Shown piece after piece: positions 37,106 through 46,841 of a stretch of DNA of 64,000 bases. A program made the translations under genes and the position numbers. A model generated the notes under the pieces. It saw only the letters and a list, made by a program, of their open reading frames with translations, made no database searches and was not told the DNA's origin. Location of the stretch: positions 35,419 through 99,418 of the forward strand of contig JAYZAL010000100.1 in assembly GCA_036339735.1 (NCBI GenBank), in the 5' to 3' direction. Every line of letters begins with the position of its first letter. Position 1 is the first letter of the stretch. This stretch comes from Candidatus Poribacteria bacterium. GTDB taxonomy: Bacteria > Poribacteria > WGA-4E > UBA9662.

Positions 37106-39163
37106 TTACCAATTCTTAAAGGTATAGGTACGTTCGCTTGTAATTAACCCTATAATCCCCCAGACACTTCCACAAATAAACTCACCCAGTACTAGACCTA
37201 GAAAAAAGGGTAATAACCGTCGGTAACTTTTTATACCACCTTGTTTGATACAAACCCACTTGATCAGCCAAGAAAGAAAAAAGGGGAACCAAAGCTTTTC
37301 GAAATGATAATAACCGGCTAACGGATAACCAAGTGGGTGTAGTTGCCACCAAATGAAACGTAAACGTAGAACCGTATTGAATAAAACTACTACAAAACCT
37401 ACCAAAGTGGCCAATAAAAAAGGAATATCGGTTTCTTGAGGTTTATTCAGCCAACGTTCAATGATAGTGTAAGCAGTTCGCCCTCGACCTGCTCCAATTG
37501 CCCCATATTGATAACTCAATTGAAGGAAAACGAAAAAAGTTAAGAATGCACTGACACATACTGCAAACATCATTGCCCAACATAATTTTCGGGTATTGAT
37601 TCCAACACTTTCGGCCAATTTGAAATTTTCGAGCAAAAATGGCATTGGATTATTCCTGATCTCTTTGGTGAAAGTCCAGTACGGTGCAGAAGCCGTTAAA
37701 GTTGATCGGGACAGACGACGACTACCTAGCACTGCTACGATTAGTTGAAGCGGCCCAGAATAGTGAATACCTTGTAGTGGAGGCCCTAATTCCGCTCTCA
37801 TACGGGTAAATCCAAAAGCTATGAAAAAATAGATAACAAAAAAGCTGATACTAAAGGCCATCGACATTCCTGCTTGATATGAGAAAAGAACCAAAAAAAT
37901 GAAGCCTAAAAGGAGTCCTATAGCAGCTGTTTGGTAAGACATTGGTTCATCTTGGCGTACATTTTTCCCTTTAATTATGCCATAAGAAATTCGAGCAAGC
38001 GGCTTACGGGCTAACCAAAGAGCTACCAAAGCAATTCCCAGATATGCTCCTAGAATTTGTTGATCAGGGAAAGGATAGTTAGGAGTGTTAATACCTAGTA
38101 TAGATCCAAATAGCCTTTCCACTTTCCAAACTAAAAACAGGACCCAACATGAGAAAAGAAGATCAAGAGGAATGGGAAAAGCCAAGCCTATTACATAAGG
38201 GTTCCATTGAATTGGTATTTTCCCCATAGCATTAAGTGGACGGCTAGTAAAATGGGTGTGTAGATCATAGCTCATGGGAATACTAGGAATATGTGGTAGT
38301 AAATATGAAAGCCCATTCAGGAGATCGATGGTTGAAGCTAAACCAACCCCAGTCCAGAGTAATCGATTACTCAAAAAACCTCTATCTTCCTTAGGTGTTG
38401 ATAACGCCATTTGTTGTGGAAGGTGTACGAGAGGATAGCCCAGCTTCTCTTTTTCGATCCATTGTCGGCGAATTATCACAGTCAAACAAAGCATGGTGAA
38501 AACAGTTACGGTTAAGAAGGTTGACCACCAGATCATTGGTTGTAGCCACCCCAATACGTAGTTTTTTTGTAAAAAGTGAGACTCACCTCTGAAAAAGCCG
38601 TTTAACAAATCAAAATCGTTTACACTCAGCCAATCAGGAACATAATGCCAGAATAAATTAGCCCACTCATTTTCGGGAGTAGCGTACCAGCGTGAAATAG
38701 CAACGGTACAGAAAATAGTTTGGCTAAAATCGTGGCCACTGACGGTAATCGCCATGGATAACATGGCATAGATTGTTAGTAGTTCCGCTGGCACCAGCAC
38801 CTGATTTGGTGCTACAAAATGAATGAGTCGGTTAATTCCAATAAGTACTAGCAAGCAGAAAATGGCACTGAAAAAAATTCCCATAGTAGTGGGGTACTGT
38901 GTTCCCCACACAGTTTCCCACTGCACAACCAAATAAACGTTAATCGGAGTTAATGCAGTCGAAAGTAAAACTGCACGCCAAGTAACACCTTCGGTATGTT
39001 TATTATGAAATTTTGGAAAAATTGACCGTTCGGAAAAATTTTGTTTCAAATTGAGTTTGCTCAGAAAGATCAACACAAGTTTAGCAAACTCGGTAATAGT
39101 CGTGCAAAAGTGAATTTGAACAGATGTGGCTCTTTCCTGAAACCTACTTAAAATGCTGGGCAC
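37106..39163 (-). CDS. Multi-pass membrane protein (DUF6785/DUF6784-like, putative transporter)
   Basis: Many TM helices; 'ELLTIY', 'W..PM.WW', 'RRQWIEKEKLGYPL', 'RMRAELG', 'WWQLHPLGY', 'PFFLGLVLGEF'. True start probably near TTG 39049. Confidence 0.65.
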   Translation of the reverse strand: MPSILSRFQERATSVQIHFCTTITEFAKLVLIFLSKLNLKQNFSERSIFPKFHNKHTEGVTWRAVLLSTALTPINVYLVVQWETVWGTQYPTTMGIFFSAIFCLLVLIGINRLIHFVAPNQVLVPAELLTIYAMLSMAITVSGHDFSQTIFCTVAISRWYATPENEWANLFWHYVPDWLSVNDFDLLNGFFRGESHFLQKNYVLGWLQPMIWWSTFLTVTVFTMLCLTVIIRRQWIEKEKLGYPLVHLPQQMALSTPKEDRGFLSNRLLWTGVGLASTIDLLNGLSYLLPHIPSIPMSYDLHTHFTSRPLNAMGKIPIQWNPYVIGLAFPIPLDLLFSCWVLFLVWKVERLFGSILGINTPNYPFPDQQILGAYLGIALVALWLARKPLARISYGIIKGKNVRQDEPMSYQTAAIGLLLGFIFLVLFSYQAGMSMAFSISFFVIYFFIAFGFTRMRAELGPPLQGIHYSGPLQLIVAVLGSRRLSRSTLTASAPYWTFTKEIRNNPMPFLLENFKLAESVGINTRKLCWAMMFAVCVSAFLTFFVFLQLSYQYGAIGAGRGRTAYTIIERWLNKPQETDIPFLLATLVGFVVVLFNTVLRLRFIWWQLHPLGYPLAGYYHFEKLWFPFFLSWLIKWVCIKQGGIKSYRRLLPFFLGLVLGEFICGSVWGIIGLITSERTYTFKNW

Positions 39164-39352
39164 AGAATGACGTGATTAGTCATTGATGTTTCCAATGTAA
39201 TGTACAGGTTTTTGGGTCTGAAGAATTCAAATCTATATATCAGGCCGAAGTTCTCCAAATGTGTCGAAACCTGATTTAATTATCCCCTAATTTGAGTTCA
39301 CATATTCTCACGATCCTCCTACTATATGTAGCTGGATGGACTACTTGTGATC

Positions 39353-39381
39353 TTGACTTTATACCCCAACTCTGATACAAT
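39353..39381 (+). promoter_or_regulatory. Candidate sigma70 promoter (extended -10)
   Basis: TTGACT (39353-39358), 17-nt spacer ending TGA, TACAAT (39376-39381). Confidence 0.55.
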
Positions 39382-39406
39382 GACATCTGTAGATTGGAGC
39401 ACTGAA

Positions 39407-40708
39407 GTGCAAACAGATTTAGCTCATCTTATCCAACAGATCCGAATGGTTGATACACATGAGCACTTGCAAAGTGAAAGTGAGTGGCTGGGTGCCAAGC
39501 CTGATATTTTGCAAGATTTGTTTGGCAACTATGTCCCAGCTGATTTGCATACTGCGGGGGCAACCCCTTCGTCTATACAACAGCTAATGGATAAATCAAA
39601 TGCTGACCTAGAACAGCGTTTTAACTCGATTCGATCATCTTGGGAAGCGACGCAGTTCACAGGGTACGGGGAGGCCGTCCGCCTCATTGCTAAGTCCGTA
39701 TATGGTATCGACGAAATAACGACCGATAGCCTCATCGAAAATCAACACAAAGCATCTGATTTTTGTCAATCTGGTGAAAGGCTCCGATTACTTTCAGAAG
39801 TAGCTAATCTTGATCATGTGCAGATAGACAACTTCTGTTGGCCTTGCTTACCAGATTTATCGGGAATCGATTTCTTCCTATACGACTTGTCGTGGGCTAG
39901 TTTCTGTAATGGCCAAGTAGATTTATCGGCTATTCGTTCAACAGTGGGAATCGAAGTGTCAGATCTTAATAGTCTAGAGCGTGCAATGTCAGCAATATTC
40001 GACAAATACGCACCAGCAGCAATTGCGGTTAAGTCCCAACACGCCTACAATCGAACTTTGCATTGGTCCCCACGAACAGACAATGACGCTAGCCAAGCGT
40101 TGGATGTGATATTGACAAACCCTTCTGACCAAATCGAAGTTCAAACACGACTGTGTCTAGGAGACTGGGCCTGGTCTAAAGGGTTGGAACTTGCGGCTGA
40201 ACATCGATTGCCGTTCAAGATCCATACGGGTTATTACGCCGGTAACGACCGTATGCCGGTTTCTCGTATTTCAGCAGGTAATATGTGTGAGCTATTAGCG
40301 TCTTTCCCCGAAACCCAATTCGTCCTAATGCATACCGCATATCCGTACAGTCAGGAATTAATTGCTCTGGCTAAGCATTATCGAAATGTGTGGGTAGATT
40401 TGTGTTGGGCCTGGAGTATTGACCCTTTTAGCTCGATTGACTTCTTACGTCGCTTTATCCATGCGGTACCAATTAACAAGCTATTTGCTTTTGGTGGAGA
40501 TACTCGTTGGCCAACCAGTGCTGTAGCATATTCCATACAAGCACGTCAGTGTATTGAAAAAGCTTTGACCGCTGAAATCGACGAGGGATACATGACTGAG
40601 AAACAAGCACTTTTTGTTGCTGAAAAAGTCATGCGTGACAACCAATATGAGTGTTTTGATATCATTGAAACTCGATCCAACATTCAAGGAATAGTTGCTA
40701 GCGATTGA
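39407..40708 (+). CDS. Amidohydrolase-superfamily protein (uronate isomerase-like)
   Basis: 'VDTHEH', 'KIHTG', 'FVLMH..YPY', 'DLCWAW', 'FGGD'. Start set at GTG 39407 behind GGAG. Confidence 0.8.
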   Translation: MQTDLAHLIQQIRMVDTHEHLQSESEWLGAKPDILQDLFGNYVPADLHTAGATPSSIQQLMDKSNADLEQRFNSIRSSWEATQFTGYGEAVRLIAKSVYGIDEITTDSLIENQHKASDFCQSGERLRLLSEVANLDHVQIDNFCWPCLPDLSGIDFFLYDLSWASFCNGQVDLSAIRSTVGIEVSDLNSLERAMSAIFDKYAPAAIAVKSQHAYNRTLHWSPRTDNDASQALDVILTNPSDQIEVQTRLCLGDWAWSKGLELAAEHRLPFKIHTGYYAGNDRMPVSRISAGNMCELLASFPETQFVLMHTAYPYSQELIALAKHYRNVWVDLCWAWSIDPFSSIDFLRRFIHAVPINKLFAFGGDTRWPTSAVAYSIQARQCIEKALTAEIDEGYMTEKQALFVAEKVMRDNQYECFDIIETRSNIQGIVASD

Positions 40709-40950
40709 GGAACTTGAAATGAGCAAACCGTTAACCAAAGTCAACCGTCTCGAAATGCTCGACTTGCAAAAAACTAGGACACGGGCTAACCAGTTATCTC
40801 GAGGCAACAACGCTGAGACCAAAATACATAAGCGATCCTTTGCTGTTAGCACAAGCCGTTCATCAATCGGCCGAGATACGAGTGGCCGATTGATGGGTAC
40901 AGGCTTAATTGTTAACCGTGCCATCTGAAGTACATTCATTATCTCGAAGG

Positions 40951-43551
40951 ATGACGAAATGGCAACTCAAACGTCACGATAGCCTAGCTGCTGACCAGTT
41001 GGCCATTGAGACTGGCGTTTCGGCCATATTAGCCAAGGCACTAGTCGGACGAGGTGTTGCGACGGCGGAGGCTGTAAAGACCTACTTACACCCAACATAC
41101 GAAGATCTTCATTCACCCTTTCTACTCAACGATATGGAGAAAGCTGTAGAACGAGTTGGGGCGGCAATTCGAAATGGAGAACGTATTTGGGTTTATGGGG
41201 ATTACGATACAGACGGAACGACCTCAACGGCTCTGCTCATGTGTCTGTTCCATCAAGAATTGAGCATTTCTGCTCATTATCACATTCCTAATCGGTTCAC
41301 TGAAGGTTATGGGTTGAATATTGACACGATTCAACAGATTGCCGATGCAGGTTGTGATCTGCTAATTACGGTTGACTGTGGCATTACCTCTGTTGCCGAG
41401 GTTGTTTATGCTAACACTTTGGGTATAGACGTCATTGTCACTGACCACCACCAACCACCTCCACAAGAAGTTCCGCCAGCATTTGCGCTTATTAATCCCA
41501 AAATGCCGGATTCTCTTTATCCTTTCGATGGACTGGCTGGAATTGGATTGGCCTTTAAATTCGCACAAGCTATTTTAATTCGACAGAACAAATTAGATGA
41601 TAGCGCTTTGCCGCCCTTTATAATTTCACAGCTTGATTTGGTCGCATTAGGCACGGTTGTTGATATGGCACCATTAGTGGGTGAAAATCGCACCTTAACT
41701 CGAATTGGTCTATCTGTTCTTAATCAGCGAGAAAGACCGGGAATTAGGGCTTTGTGCCAAATATCAAATCTCGACCAAGACGAAGAGCTAGATGGTTATG
41801 CTCTCGGATTTAAGCTTGGGCCTCGAATTAACGCTGCAGGACGGATGGATACAGCACAAAAAGTGATTGAATTGATGACTACTAAATCTGATGAAACGGC
41901 TTTATTGCTTGCGAAAAATCTGGACATACTTAATACCGAGCGCCGTCAAGTTCAGAACCAAATTGAGCAACAAGCTATTGAACAGGTTGAAAAAAAAGAT
42001 TTGGCTAAAATGAAATCTCTAGTCGTTGCCCATCATGAATGGCACAAAGGTATCATTGGAATTGTTGCTTCTCGTATCAAGGATACCTACCATCGCCCAG
42101 TCTTTTTGCTGGCAATCGATGGTGATGTGGCTAGTGCTTCTGGAAGAGGAATCGATGGAATCAATATCGCTGATGGTCTTAATGCCTGTACTGATTTGTT
42201 AATCAAACATGGTGGACACCGAGCTGCAGCAGGGTTTTCGATTAAGACAGAAAATATAGGAAAGTTTGAAAAGCGGTTTAATGAGTTTGCTCAAAAGCAT
42301 TTGACTGATTCAGATTTACAGCCTCGTTTGTCCGTAGATTTTGAGGTGAGCCTCGATGAAGTTAGTCTTGATTCACTGAATCAACTAAAGCTGTTGGAAC
42401 CAACCGGCATGCAAAATGATAGACTCCGTGTTGTGACTCGGAACTTGAAAATTAAAAATCAACCCAAAATTGTCGGACAAGATAAAAAACATTTAAGTTT
42501 CTCGGTAACAGATGGACTACGCACAATCAGAGCTATTGCTTTTGGAATGGCGGAGTACTGTATTGCTATGCAGGGCCGAAATACACGTGTAAATTTAGCT
42601 TTCTCCCCGGATACCAATAAGTGGCAAGGTGAGGTGAAACCACAATTAAAAGTTGATGGCATTCAGATTGAAAAGGCAAAAAGAAACGATCGACTAGACA
42701 TATATCCTGAAAAAACTGAAGCAAGCCCAGCTAAATTGATTGATCGCCGTAATGTCCGAGGTGGTAAAGCTAATTATATGATGAAGCTACTCAAAAACAA
42801 CCAAATGAGTATTTTTTATGTTCGCGATGATTCTGCTTTAGACGAGTGCTTTAATCTGTTACAAGGACATGACAACCCTCAACTAAAACGTTGTCGCTCA
42901 GATACCACCGAATCAGAAAGACAAGCATTGATTAAAATGATGAAGGATGGAAACATTTGTTCAATTCTTTCTAGCCAGACGTTATCTCATTTGCCAGCAG
43001 CAGTCAGAAATATTATATTTTGCCACCCGACAAAGAATTTAGAACAATTTTACCAACGCTGTCAGCCAGCTTTTTCTGAGAGCTTAACTATATCTTACTT
43101 GCATCTGCTATATAGCAGTCAAGATTTTGATTACGCTGAGCAATTGCTTGATCAACATCATCCCGAACGAGATCTACTTGTACAACTTTACCGTAAATTA
43201 ATCGATCTAGCTAAAAAGGAGCAGAAGCCGTTAGTCAATAATAAAAATCAAATTGACCTTAGCCGATTCCTAAAATCAACGTCTCAACTGGCAATACCTC
43301 CAAAGACAATAGCTATAGCATTGGATATTTTTGAAGAATTGGAATTTATTAGCGTGCTACCCTCGCATTCAAATACTTCGATTCAATTATTACCATCTTC
43401 GCATCGTCCACTCGATGAGTCACGTACCTTCCGTCAAGAACGCCATTTTAAAAATTCAGCTCGAGAATGCTTTTCCTTTCTGAAGCAAGGTCTAGAAGTA
43501 ATTTGGAGTCGCCTTCAGCATGAGTGTAGAACAGCTAATTCAATCGATTAA
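40951..43551 (+). CDS. recJ: ssDNA exonuclease RecJ with long C-terminal extension
   Basis: 'YGDYDTDG', 'EGYGL', 'TVDCG', 'TDHH', 'GPRINAAGR', 'GGHRAAAG', OB fold, then about 290 extra residues. Confidence 0.93.
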   Translation: MTKWQLKRHDSLAADQLAIETGVSAILAKALVGRGVATAEAVKTYLHPTYEDLHSPFLLNDMEKAVERVGAAIRNGERIWVYGDYDTDGTTSTALLMCLFHQELSISAHYHIPNRFTEGYGLNIDTIQQIADAGCDLLITVDCGITSVAEVVYANTLGIDVIVTDHHQPPPQEVPPAFALINPKMPDSLYPFDGLAGIGLAFKFAQAILIRQNKLDDSALPPFIISQLDLVALGTVVDMAPLVGENRTLTRIGLSVLNQRERPGIRALCQISNLDQDEELDGYALGFKLGPRINAAGRMDTAQKVIELMTTKSDETALLLAKNLDILNTERRQVQNQIEQQAIEQVEKKDLAKMKSLVVAHHEWHKGIIGIVASRIKDTYHRPVFLLAIDGDVASASGRGIDGINIADGLNACTDLLIKHGGHRAAAGFSIKTENIGKFEKRFNEFAQKHLTDSDLQPRLSVDFEVSLDEVSLDSLNQLKLLEPTGMQNDRLRVVTRNLKIKNQPKIVGQDKKHLSFSVTDGLRTIRAIAFGMAEYCIAMQGRNTRVNLAFSPDTNKWQGEVKPQLKVDGIQIEKAKRNDRLDIYPEKTEASPAKLIDRRNVRGGKANYMMKLLKNNQMSIFYVRDDSALDECFNLLQGHDNPQLKRCRSDTTESERQALIKMMKDGNICSILSSQTLSHLPAAVRNIIFCHPTKNLEQFYQRCQPAFSESLTISYLHLLYSSQDFDYAEQLLDQHHPERDLLVQLYRKLIDLAKKEQKPLVNNKNQIDLSRFLKSTSQLAIPPKTIAIALDIFEELEFISVLPSHSNTSIQLLPSSHRPLDESRTFRQERHFKNSARECFSFLKQGLEVIWSRLQHECRTANSID

Positions 43552-45730
43552 ATACTATAACCCGCAGGCTGAGTTCGATTTGCTCCGTCGTTGTTATGCC
43601 TATGGCGAAAGTTGCCATCAGGGACAACTTCGTAAGTCAGGCGATCCTTACTTCAGCCATTGCATCGAGACAGCGAAAGTATTGATCAGCCTTAAGCTTG
43701 ATTTAGAAACGATTTGTGCGGGGTTACTTCACGATACAATTGAAGATGTCGATGGAACGACTGAGGCTAAATTAGCCACTCTATTTGGTGCCACGATAGC
43801 TGCTTTGGTTCAAGGTGTAACCAATATTAGTCAATACCCTTTACAACCACATCGTCGTACTGAACAGCGTCAAGCAGAAAATTACCTGAAATTATTATTA
43901 GCTACAGCTAAGGATGTTAGGGTTATCTTGATTAAGCTGGCAGATCGTCTCCACAATATGGAGACTCTAAATTTTCAACCAGATGAAAAACGTCGCCAAA
44001 TAGCTAAAGAAACGCTCGAAATTTATGCTCCAATTGCACATAGGCTTGGTATCTCGAAAATTAAAAATCGATTGGAAGATTTAGCCTTTAAGCATATTTG
44101 GCCCCAAGAATACAAACGGATTGCACGATTTCTTAACCAAAAACTAGCCTCACGTGAGGCTTATACAGACCAGATGGTTAACCACATCCGAGCTGTTTTG
44201 CAGCAGGCTACTACGGATGCCACAGTTTATGGACGCCCCAAAAATATTTATAGTATTTACCAAAAGATTAACGAGAAGGGAACGCCTTTTGAAGAAATTG
44301 ACGACCTCATCGGTGTGAGAGTTTTAGTCAATCGGGATATTGATTGTTATACTGCTATTGGTGCTATTCATACTCGATGGAGGCATGTGCCAGAACGTTT
44401 CAAAGATTTTGTTAGTTTACCTAAAGGAAACGGATATCAGTCAATTCATTCAACAATTTTGGATCATGGGCGGCGTGTTGAAATTCAGGTTAGAACTCAC
44501 CAAATGCAGAGTGTCGCTGAAGTCGGCATCGCGGCACACTGGCTCTATAAGGAAGGCACTCCATCGGGAAAACGTAGCCGAGCAATCTTTCAATGGTTGA
44601 AACAGGCATTGGAAGACATCCAAGAATTGAAAGGTGAAGGTGCAGGTCAATTTCTTCGCTCTATTAAGTCAGAATTATTTGGTCATGAAGTCTATGTATT
44701 TACTCCTAAAGGAGATGTGGTAGCACTGCCTGCAGGTTCCACTCCTATAGATTTTGCGTACAAAATCCACACTCAAATTGGTAATACCTGTATTGGGGTC
44801 GAAGTAAATGGCATGGTCGTTTCTCTTCGATATAGATTACAAAACGGTGATCAAGTTAAAATTAATACTAATACTAATAGTCATCCAGGGCGTGACTGGT
44901 TACGATGGGTTAAAACTGCACGTGCCAGAAATAAATTGAAACATTGGTTTAAAGAAAAACACCGCTCTGAATCTATAGAATTAGGAAAACGTTTGTTACA
45001 AATAGAGTTACGAAGATCTGATCTAGAATTAGTTCCTTTTATACGTTCGGAAAGTTTGTTGACTGCCGCTAATCAGTTAGGTTACGAGGAACCAGAGAAC
45101 ATGTTGCAACATATTGGTGAAGGTGAACTTCTTGCTAGTGAAATTGTCAATTCGGTATGCCAAGTTGATGGTCTCACGGAAATGGGTCGTAGTTTGGATC
45201 AAAACGCAACAGACAATACGACGCTAAACTCAGGAAAATTGGTTTTTCAATCTACACCATTGATCGAGCTTAGCCAAGAAGACTTGGTTGATTCCACACG
45301 AATTATGAAATGTTGTCGACCGATTCCAGGCGATGAAATCATTGGTTATATCCGACGTGGGAAGGGAGTTTCAATCCACCGAGCAGGCTGTAACCGACTG
45401 GTCAATGAACCTAATCGTTTAGTAGATATCGAGTGGAAATCTACTAATCAGATGACATTTCCCGTGGATATTGTAATTGAATGCTATGACCGACCGGGGA
45501 TTTTGGGAGAAATTACAACAACAATAGCTCAAAAAAACATTAATATAAGAGAAGGGAAGTTTGGCCCACTACTCAACGACAGAAGTAAAGAAACTCCCAG
45601 CTATCGGTTTGATGGTGGAGAAATCGGGTTTGAACGCCTCAGGATCGAGGTCTCAGAATTGAGCCAACTCAATCAGATTATGGAACGAATACGAGACGTA
45701 GAGGGCGTGACAAAGGTAGATCGCCAATGA
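43520..45730 (+). CDS. relA: Bifunctional (p)ppGpp synthetase/hydrolase (Rel)
   Basis: 'RKSGDPY..H', HD 'LHDTIED', 'KLADRLHNM', 'RPK', 'YQSIH', 'EIQVRT', TGS 'FTPKG...DFAY.IHT', ZFD 'CC.PIPGD', ACT domain. Confidence 0.95.
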   Translation: MSVEQLIQSIKYYNPQAEFDLLRRCYAYGESCHQGQLRKSGDPYFSHCIETAKVLISLKLDLETICAGLLHDTIEDVDGTTEAKLATLFGATIAALVQGVTNISQYPLQPHRRTEQRQAENYLKLLLATAKDVRVILIKLADRLHNMETLNFQPDEKRRQIAKETLEIYAPIAHRLGISKIKNRLEDLAFKHIWPQEYKRIARFLNQKLASREAYTDQMVNHIRAVLQQATTDATVYGRPKNIYSIYQKINEKGTPFEEIDDLIGVRVLVNRDIDCYTAIGAIHTRWRHVPERFKDFVSLPKGNGYQSIHSTILDHGRRVEIQVRTHQMQSVAEVGIAAHWLYKEGTPSGKRSRAIFQWLKQALEDIQELKGEGAGQFLRSIKSELFGHEVYVFTPKGDVVALPAGSTPIDFAYKIHTQIGNTCIGVEVNGMVVSLRYRLQNGDQVKINTNTNSHPGRDWLRWVKTARARNKLKHWFKEKHRSESIELGKRLLQIELRRSDLELVPFIRSESLLTAANQLGYEEPENMLQHIGEGELLASEIVNSVCQVDGLTEMGRSLDQNATDNTTLNSGKLVFQSTPLIELSQEDLVDSTRIMKCCRPIPGDEIIGYIRRGKGVSIHRAGCNRLVNEPNRLVDIEWKSTNQMTFPVDIVIECYDRPGILGEITTTIAQKNINIREGKFGPLLNDRSKETPSYRFDGGEIGFERLRIEVSELSQLNQIMERIRDVEGVTKVDRQ

Positions 45731-45755
45731 ACGATAAAATCGTTTCTGATGGCAG

Positions 45756-45962
45756 TCAGGCTTTCATACGTGAAACGGCCTTAGTAACCCTTCCCGACCG
45801 AATACAACGGGTACAGACCTTCATTCTGCGGACACCGCCGTCTAACTGCACACGGACTTTTTGCAAATTGGGTAGCCACCTTCGTTTGGTGTGGACGCGT
45901 GATCCGCTGATATTGTTACCCGTCATTGGTTTTTTACCACAAACTTCGCATACTCTCGCCAT
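45756..45962 (-). CDS. rpmB: 50S ribosomal protein L28
   Basis: '[19 protein letters not shown]...[13 protein letters not shown]...VCTRCIRSG'. Confidence 0.97.
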   Translation of the reverse strand: MARVCEVCGKKPMTGNNISGSRVHTKRRWLPNLQKVRVQLDGGVRRMKVCTRCIRSGRVTKAVSRMKA

Positions 45963-46031
45963 TTTTGACCTCTGTTCTTCGATTTTCTTTGTTTGGCAAA
46001 CCGGGTTAATCTATCATAGAGATTAGAGCCA

Positions 46032-46841
46032 ATGCAACTTTTTTTCTTCTTTAAAGCTAGCCGAACACTTATTAGCCATGGATTTACGCTGGCCTTGACT
46101 GTCTTGGTCTTCCTTGGATACATAGGTTGTCAATCTCAAACGAGTGAAAGTCTAGTAGTTGAAGCTGAAACTTCAGCTTTTGGTATCGTTTCTGGGACAG
46201 TTTTCGACCAAATAAGTAATCAGCCGGTCCCTAACAGTAATGTGACCTTTTCAGACCAAACAGTAACAACAGACCCACTGGGGCGTTATGTTTTACGTCA
46301 GGTTCCATATGGCAAACACCATTCGATATCTGTAGTATCAGATGATTACCACACTATCAATCTAGGATTTGATTTAGTTCAAGATTATTTATCTCTTGAT
46401 ATTTCTCTGGTGAGAACAAATAATGTAGAACAAGAAATCAGGCACTATTTTGACCGATTGTCTAATTTGGTGGCTAATATGAAGAAGGTAGAGGAAATCG
46501 AAGGCCACTTTTCGCCAAACTACGTTGCTTCTGAAGATGTCGTAACACAATTTGGAGTTGGTGCAGGTGTAATCCCTGCCGATTTCACAAGTGTAAAACC
46601 AACATTCAAAAAACTTTTTACCAACTATGATAAGATACAGTTCCAATTTGACCATATCAAGATTCAGGCTTACCACGCTCGCAAAGCATCTTCTGTATTA
46701 CAGCTCGTTATTGTTACTGAAAAAGGACCCAGACGAAAAAAAATGTTAATTCAGACCAATGCCAAAATTAATTTCGAAAAGTGGGACGGTATTTGGCAAA
46801 CTCATTTTTTGCAATTACTTGAGGTCCACCTAAACCCATGA
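46032..46841 (+). CDS. Putative lipoprotein with carboxypeptidase-regulatory-like domain and NTF2-like C-terminus
   Basis: Lipobox-like 'YIGC'; 'VSGTVFD..NQPVPN.NV....VTTD..GRY.L..VPYG'. Start uncertain. Confidence 0.55.
   Translation: MQLFFFFKASRTLISHGFTLALTVLVFLGYIGCQSQTSESLVVEAETSAFGIVSGTVFDQISNQPVPNSNVTFSDQTVTTDPLGRYVLRQVPYGKHHSISVVSDDYHTINLGFDLVQDYLSLDISLVRTNNVEQEIRHYFDRLSNLVANMKKVEEIEGHFSPNYVASEDVVTQFGVGAGVIPADFTSVKPTFKKLFTNYDKIQFQFDHIKIQAYHARKASSVLQLVIVTEKGPRRKKMLIQTNAKINFEKWDGIWQTHFLQLLEVHLNP

Noticed and set aside
40810-40850. 'GCTGAGA' suggesting a TPP riboswitch
   Set aside because: The downstream CCCTT..AACCTGA..TAAT..GCGxAGGGA core is missing and no thiamine gene follows.
45727-46123. 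ORFs 45727-46026 (+) and 45923-46123 (-)
   Set aside because: Shadow frames overlapping rpmB; no family features.
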